Shown here: one piece after another, positions 40,752 to 43,313 of the stretch | Numbering within the stretch: position 1 is the stretch's first letter | Layout of the letters: every line of letters starts with the position of its first letter | Virus record (IMG/VR): IMGVR_UViG_3300044499_000010 | Direction: 5' to 3' (one strand) | DNA from: a virus | DNA: 43,313 nt | The notes under the pieces: model-generated | Database searches by the model: none | What the model was told of the DNA's origin: nothing | The model's input: the letters and a program-made list of their open reading frames with translations, nothing else | Translations under genes and position numbers: made by a program

Positions 40752-41392
40752 TTCGTCACCTCCGCGAGATAGCCTTCGAATTTGGTTTTATTGAAGAGGG
40801 TTTCCGGCCGTAAATAGGTCTGCATGTCCGGTCGGTCTTTCCAGTCATGAATCTTGCGCATGATGAGCGTGCGGCAAGTTTGCACATCGATGCCGGACTT
40901 CAAGCGGGCCTGAATGAATCCGAGCGTGGCGTCCACTTCACGGAAATGCTTTTGAGTCTTGTCATTGAGGAAGGCTAAGACTTCCCTGGATTCCGCGAGG
41001 TAGTCACGCCCGTTGGCGAGGGGAGTGCGCCGCGTGGGTTTGTCTGCCCATCGCTTCAACGCGCCTCGCTGCCCACTTTCACTCAAGACCTCGGTACGTG
41101 CCTTCGCTTCAAGCCATTCGGCATAGAGCCTGACATTCGTGACACGCCCGGTGCGTTTCACTGGTTCAAAGCAGGCGAGCACGGGCTCAAAGTCCCCGTA
41201 TTTCTCATCGCTCCACTTGCTGAGTTTTTTTAGCACGTCAGGCTCACTCGGGAGCGTGCAACTCTCTTGCGTCCAACATTGCGCGAGCAACATAATGTAA
41301 CTACCAACATGTGGCGCTTCCATGAGTGCGATTTTCTCACTCGTCAACCAGTCCGTGACGTTGAACTTGAAAAATGGGAGTGATAACGGCAC
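40748..41392 (-). CDS. Replication-associated protein: DUF1376 (YdaU-like) N-domain + conserved phage C-terminus (Phg_2220_C-like)
   Basis: FFKFNVTDWLTSEKIALMEAPHVGSYIMLLAQCW (DUF1376 pattern). VLAFLNDKTQKHFREVDATLGFIQARLKSGIDVQTCRTLIMRKIHDWKDRPDMQTYLRPETLFNKTKFEGY (Phg_2220_C pattern). Confidence 0.65.
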   Translation of the reverse strand: MPLSLPFFKFNVTDWLTSEKIALMEAPHVGSYIMLLAQCWTQESCTLPSEPDVLKKLSKWSDEKYGDFEPVLACFEPVKRTGRVTNVRLYAEWLEAKARTEVLSESGQRGALKRWADKPTRRTPLANGRDYLAESREVLAFLNDKTQKHFREVDATLGFIQARLKSGIDVQTCRTLIMRKIHDWKDRPDMQTYLRPETLFNKTKFEGYLAEVTK

Positions 41393-41464
41393 GTTATCCT
41401 TCTAGCCTAGCTATGGGCAGGCTATAGGCACGTTATAAGGTGGCGATAGCCATGCAATAGCATC

Positions 41465-41641
41465 TTAGATCCCAGATTCAGATTCAGAGAGAGAATCAGA
41501 AGAAGATATACTGTCGAGTTTGGGTCGATCCCAATACGCTGACCGACAATTCGGACAGGTCAACGGACGCTCGGACTTCCGAGGTATCCAGGTGTGTTCA
41601 CAGCGGAGACAGGTGAACTCAGGAAGAATGAATGTCGTCAT
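41465..41641 (-). CDS. Small zinc-ribbon protein (58 aa), first gene of the leftward early operon
   Basis: MTTFILPEFTCLRCEHTWIPRKSERPLTCPNCRSAYWDRPK has a CxxC...CxxC pattern, followed by an acidic Ser-rich tail. Its ATG lies 6 nt after a near-consensus -10 box. Confidence 0.55.
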   Translation of the reverse strand: MTTFILPEFTCLRCEHTWIPRKSERPLTCPNCRSAYWDRPKLDSISSSDSLSESESGI

Positions 41642-41647
41642 GTGGTG

Positions 41648-41676
41648 CTTATATACAGTACATATACATTTGTCAA
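41648..41676 (-). promoter_or_regulatory. Near-consensus sigma70-type promoter (TTGACA-17-TATAAG) for the leftward operon, leaderless geometry
   Basis: The reverse complement reads TTGACA aatgtatatgtactgta TATAAG caccac ATG. The spacer is 17 nt and the -10 box is 6 nt from the ATG at 41641. Confidence 0.6.
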
Positions 41677-41695
41677 CACTTTTCTTTACATTCAC

Positions 41696-41724
41696 TTGAC
41701 AATCCGCCCCCACTCCTGTACAGA
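41696..41724 (+). promoter_or_regulatory. Sigma70-like promoter (TTGACA-17-TACAGA) for the rightward operon, leaderless geometry
   Basis: TTGACA atccgcccccactcctg TACAGA gcgtactc ATG(41733). The -35 is perfect and the -10 is weak. Confidence 0.4.
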
Positions 41725-41732
41725 GCGTACTC

Positions 41733-42098
41733 ATGCCATCCTTAGTCGAATCCTCGACACCAACTCGCTTATTCCGTCAGACACGTAAATCCTCGCTGCG
41801 CAATGTGCCCAGCGGAAAAGTCAAGCAAACCATCATGGCCGTCTTCGATGGCCTCGGCGGATGGGAAGCAATGCTGACGTGGGCACAGAAAAACCAAGAC
41901 TTGTTCTACGGCACGATCTACCCAAAGCTCCTCCCCACCGAAGGCTACGAGAAGGGCTCAGGGCCGATCCGCGTCCTCGTCTATGCACCACAGCAATCGC
42001 CTACTGATAAACAAGTAGTCCTCCTCGATACCGCTTTAGTGCAACCGATGCAAGCAGCCGAGCAAGCTGAGGAGCGCTTGGATGGTAATACTACGTAG
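41733..42098 (+). CDS. Hypothetical protein (121 aa); possible small terminase or late regulator
   Basis: First rightward gene. The basic N-terminus and the AVFDGLGGWEAMLTWAQKNQDLFYGTIYPKLLP motif loosely recall small-terminase-like proteins. The functional call is weak. Confidence 0.4.
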   Translation: MPSLVESSTPTRLFRQTRKSSLRNVPSGKVKQTIMAVFDGLGGWEAMLTWAQKNQDLFYGTIYPKLLPTEGYEKGSGPIRVLVYAPQQSPTDKQVVLLDTALVQPMQAAEQAEERLDGNTT

Positions 42099-42150
42099 AT
42101 TATTAGAATTATTGGTGCTTATGAAACATCGAGGTACGAAATATCAAGCA

Positions 42151-42217
42151 CTTACGAGCGCAAGGCCTGATAATAACCATTATGTTAACTCGTACTTACG
42201 GAGCGAATGGGCCTGAT
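42151..42217. repeat. Two imperfect ~22-bp direct repeats in an A/T-rich non-coding region
   Basis: CTTACGAGCGCAAGGCCTGAT (42151..42171) and CTTACGGAGCGAATGGGCCTGAT (42195..42217), read directly. Confidence 0.7.
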
Positions 42218-42275
42218 TCGCAAGTAGAGCCATACGCGAGCTGCTTGCACGGTTGGCAGGGGAGCGTGAGGACAT

Positions 42276-42473
42276 ATGGACGCACAGCAGAAGATTTCCC
42301 TAGCTAGAAAAAAACTTCTCAGTCCCACGCCAGGAACGAGGCCGGGGGCATTGTCGTCAGGCGGGGGCGTACCGAAAGGGAACCCGACGTGTACGGCTAG
42401 ACACACGCCTAACCCACTCGACGACATGGATATTGATTCCATCGACATGAGTTACTGGGGTTGGGTTGAATAA
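42276..42473 (+). CDS. Hypothetical protein (65 aa)
   Basis: RBS GAGGA. The segment SSGGGVPKGNP loosely resembles the GNPxGRPKG motif of some small-terminase-like proteins. The acidic C-terminus is noted, but coding status is uncertain. Confidence 0.3.
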   Translation: MDAQQKISLARKKLLSPTPGTRPGALSSGGGVPKGNPTCTARHTPNPLDDMDIDSIDMSYWGWVE

Positions 42474-42503
42474 CACCTAGGTACTTACTGAAAGGAGTCC
42501 CTT

Positions 42504-42734
42504 ATGGCCATCACAAGCGCAGCCCTGCAAACCGAACTCGGCGAGACCTCGATGCAGAGTCCGCGGGTCTTGCGGCAGTTGCCGCCCTACGGGAGCACGT
42601 TGCAGTATTGGCTGATCCATGGGAATCAGGCGTACCACGGGACGGTGAAGCGGATCAGCACGACGGCGAGTGACGATGCGGCCACGCAGGCGGCGGCGGT
42701 GCTCACGGCGCTGGCGTTAGGGAGTCCGCCGTAG
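42504..42734 (+). CDS. Hypothetical protein (76 aa) translationally coupled to terL
   Basis: RBS AAAGGAG. Its stop TAG overlaps the terL GTG. Confidence 0.45.
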   Translation: MAITSAALQTELGETSMQSPRVLRQLPPYGSTLQYWLIHGNQAYHGTVKRISTTASDDAATQAAAVLTALALGSPP

Positions 42735-43313
42735 TGGACATCATATTGCCCTATCAGTGGCAGCCGAGGCCCCATCAAGTGGCGTTGTGGGAGTATCTCA
42801 AGGGGGGGGGCACGCGGGCGGTGGCCCTCTGGCCGAGACGGCATGGCAAGGATGATGTGTTTCTTCGGCACACCTCCTGCCGCATGCCCATTCGCAAAGG
42901 GAATTACTGGTATCTCCTACCGGAATATGCCCAGGCCCGGAAGTCCATGTGGGATGCGATCAATGAGGAAACGGGGGTGCGTCGGATCGATGAAGCGTTT
43001 CCGAAAGAGATTCGCACGATGTACCGTGAGCAAGAAATGATCCTAGGCTATGCGGGCAGTACCTTTCAGCTCGTCGGGGCCGATAACTTCAAAGCCCTGG
43101 TCGGCTCCCCCCCGATCGGGCTCGTGTTCTCCGAATATGCGCGCACGAATCCCTCGGCCTGGCCCTACCTGATGCCGATCATGGAGAAAAACGGCGGGTG
43201 GGTGGGGTTTAATTCGACGCCCTTTGGCAATAATCATTACAAACGCCTCTGTGCCTTTGCCGCCAAGAAAATGGCGGCGGGAGCCGATTGGTTCTTCGAG
43301 AAATTAACGGCGG
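42734..43313 (+). CDS. terL: Terminase large subunit, N-terminal ATPase part (continues across the circular junction into 1..978; about 476 aa in total)
   Basis: GTG at 42734 overlaps the TAG of the upstream ORF (TAGTG). The frame stays open to the window end and matches the frame of ORF 16..978 after subtracting 43186. Translation VDIILPYQWQPRPHQVALWEYLKGGGTRAVALWPRRHGKDDV...GLVFSEYA shows Walker A-like and Walker B-like motifs. Confidence 0.8.
   Translation, partial: MDIILPYQWQPRPHQVALWEYLKGGGTRAVALWPRRHGKDDVFLRHTSCRMPIRKGNYWYLLPEYAQARKSMWDAINEETGVRRIDEAFPKEIRTMYREQEMILGYAGSTFQLVGADNFKALVGSPPIGLVFSEYARTNPSAWPYLMPIMEKNGGWVGFNSTPFGNNHYKRLCAFAAKKMAAGADWFFEKLTA
43187..43313. repeat. Second copy of the 127-bp terminal repeat
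   Basis: Identical to 1..127 by direct comparison. Confidence 0.95.

Noticed and set aside
42185-42448. 87-aa minus-strand ORF in the A/T-rich region upstream of terL
   Set aside because: It has no RBS and is antisense to the direction of the operon. It overlaps the plus-strand 65-aa ORF and the direct repeats, and its composition is not protein-like.
1-43313. CRISPR arrays, rRNA genes, transposase/IS elements, recognisable defence systems (RM endonuclease, Abi, CBASS, retron-like)
   Set aside because: I scanned both strands by eye. I saw no regularly spaced direct repeats, rRNA-like segments, DDE/serine transposase motifs or reverse-transcriptase, cyclase or endonuclease gene sets. The only methylase is an orphan Dam.

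Overview
The window is a complete, circularly closing dsDNA tailed-phage genome. Bases 1..127 are identical to 43187..43313, so the unit length is 43,186 bp, and the large-terminase ORF runs off the right end and continues in frame at the left end. There is no host flank.

Layout:
- One long plus-strand late operon (about 41733 -> wrap -> 27841). Order: packaging (terL), portal, scaffold, major capsid, a sugar-modification gene island, adaptor- and nozzle-like tail genes, three large ejection/internal-protein-like genes interleaved with a GNAT and a PP-loop ATPase, tail fiber, four consecutive signal-peptide/lipoprotein genes interrupted by an HNH-NUMOD3 homing endonuclease, and a lysis cassette.
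- One long minus-strand early operon (41641 -> 28110) of about 45 mostly tiny, translationally coupled genes. Recognisable products: DUF1376/Phg_2220_C replication protein, Cas4-like exonuclease plus annealing protein, Dam methylase, DUF4406, ASCH, and a DUF1064-like nuclease.
- A small plus-strand lysogeny island sits inside the early operon: an RHH protein, a tRNA 5'-half fragment (attP candidate) and a 203-aa tyrosine recombinase.

The operons diverge at a 91-bp region with two back-to-back sigma70-like promoters that should give leaderless mRNAs. They converge at 27842..28110.

The structural gene order resembles T7, but I see no RNA polymerase, DNA polymerase, helicase or primase, and an integrase is present. 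This looks like a temperate podovirus-like phage.

Most interesting leads:
1. A five-enzyme glycan synthesis/transfer set embedded in the head module: GT8, Maf/DUF115-like, GT-B, SAM methyltransferase and NDP-sugar C-methyltransferase.
2. A GNAT and a PP-loop ATPase among the ejection-protein genes.
3. Tail-fiber-module proteins, including a 1019-aa beta-helix/FN3 protein, that carry Sec or lipoprotein signal peptides.

All functional calls come from motif recognition and synteny by eye. No database search was run.
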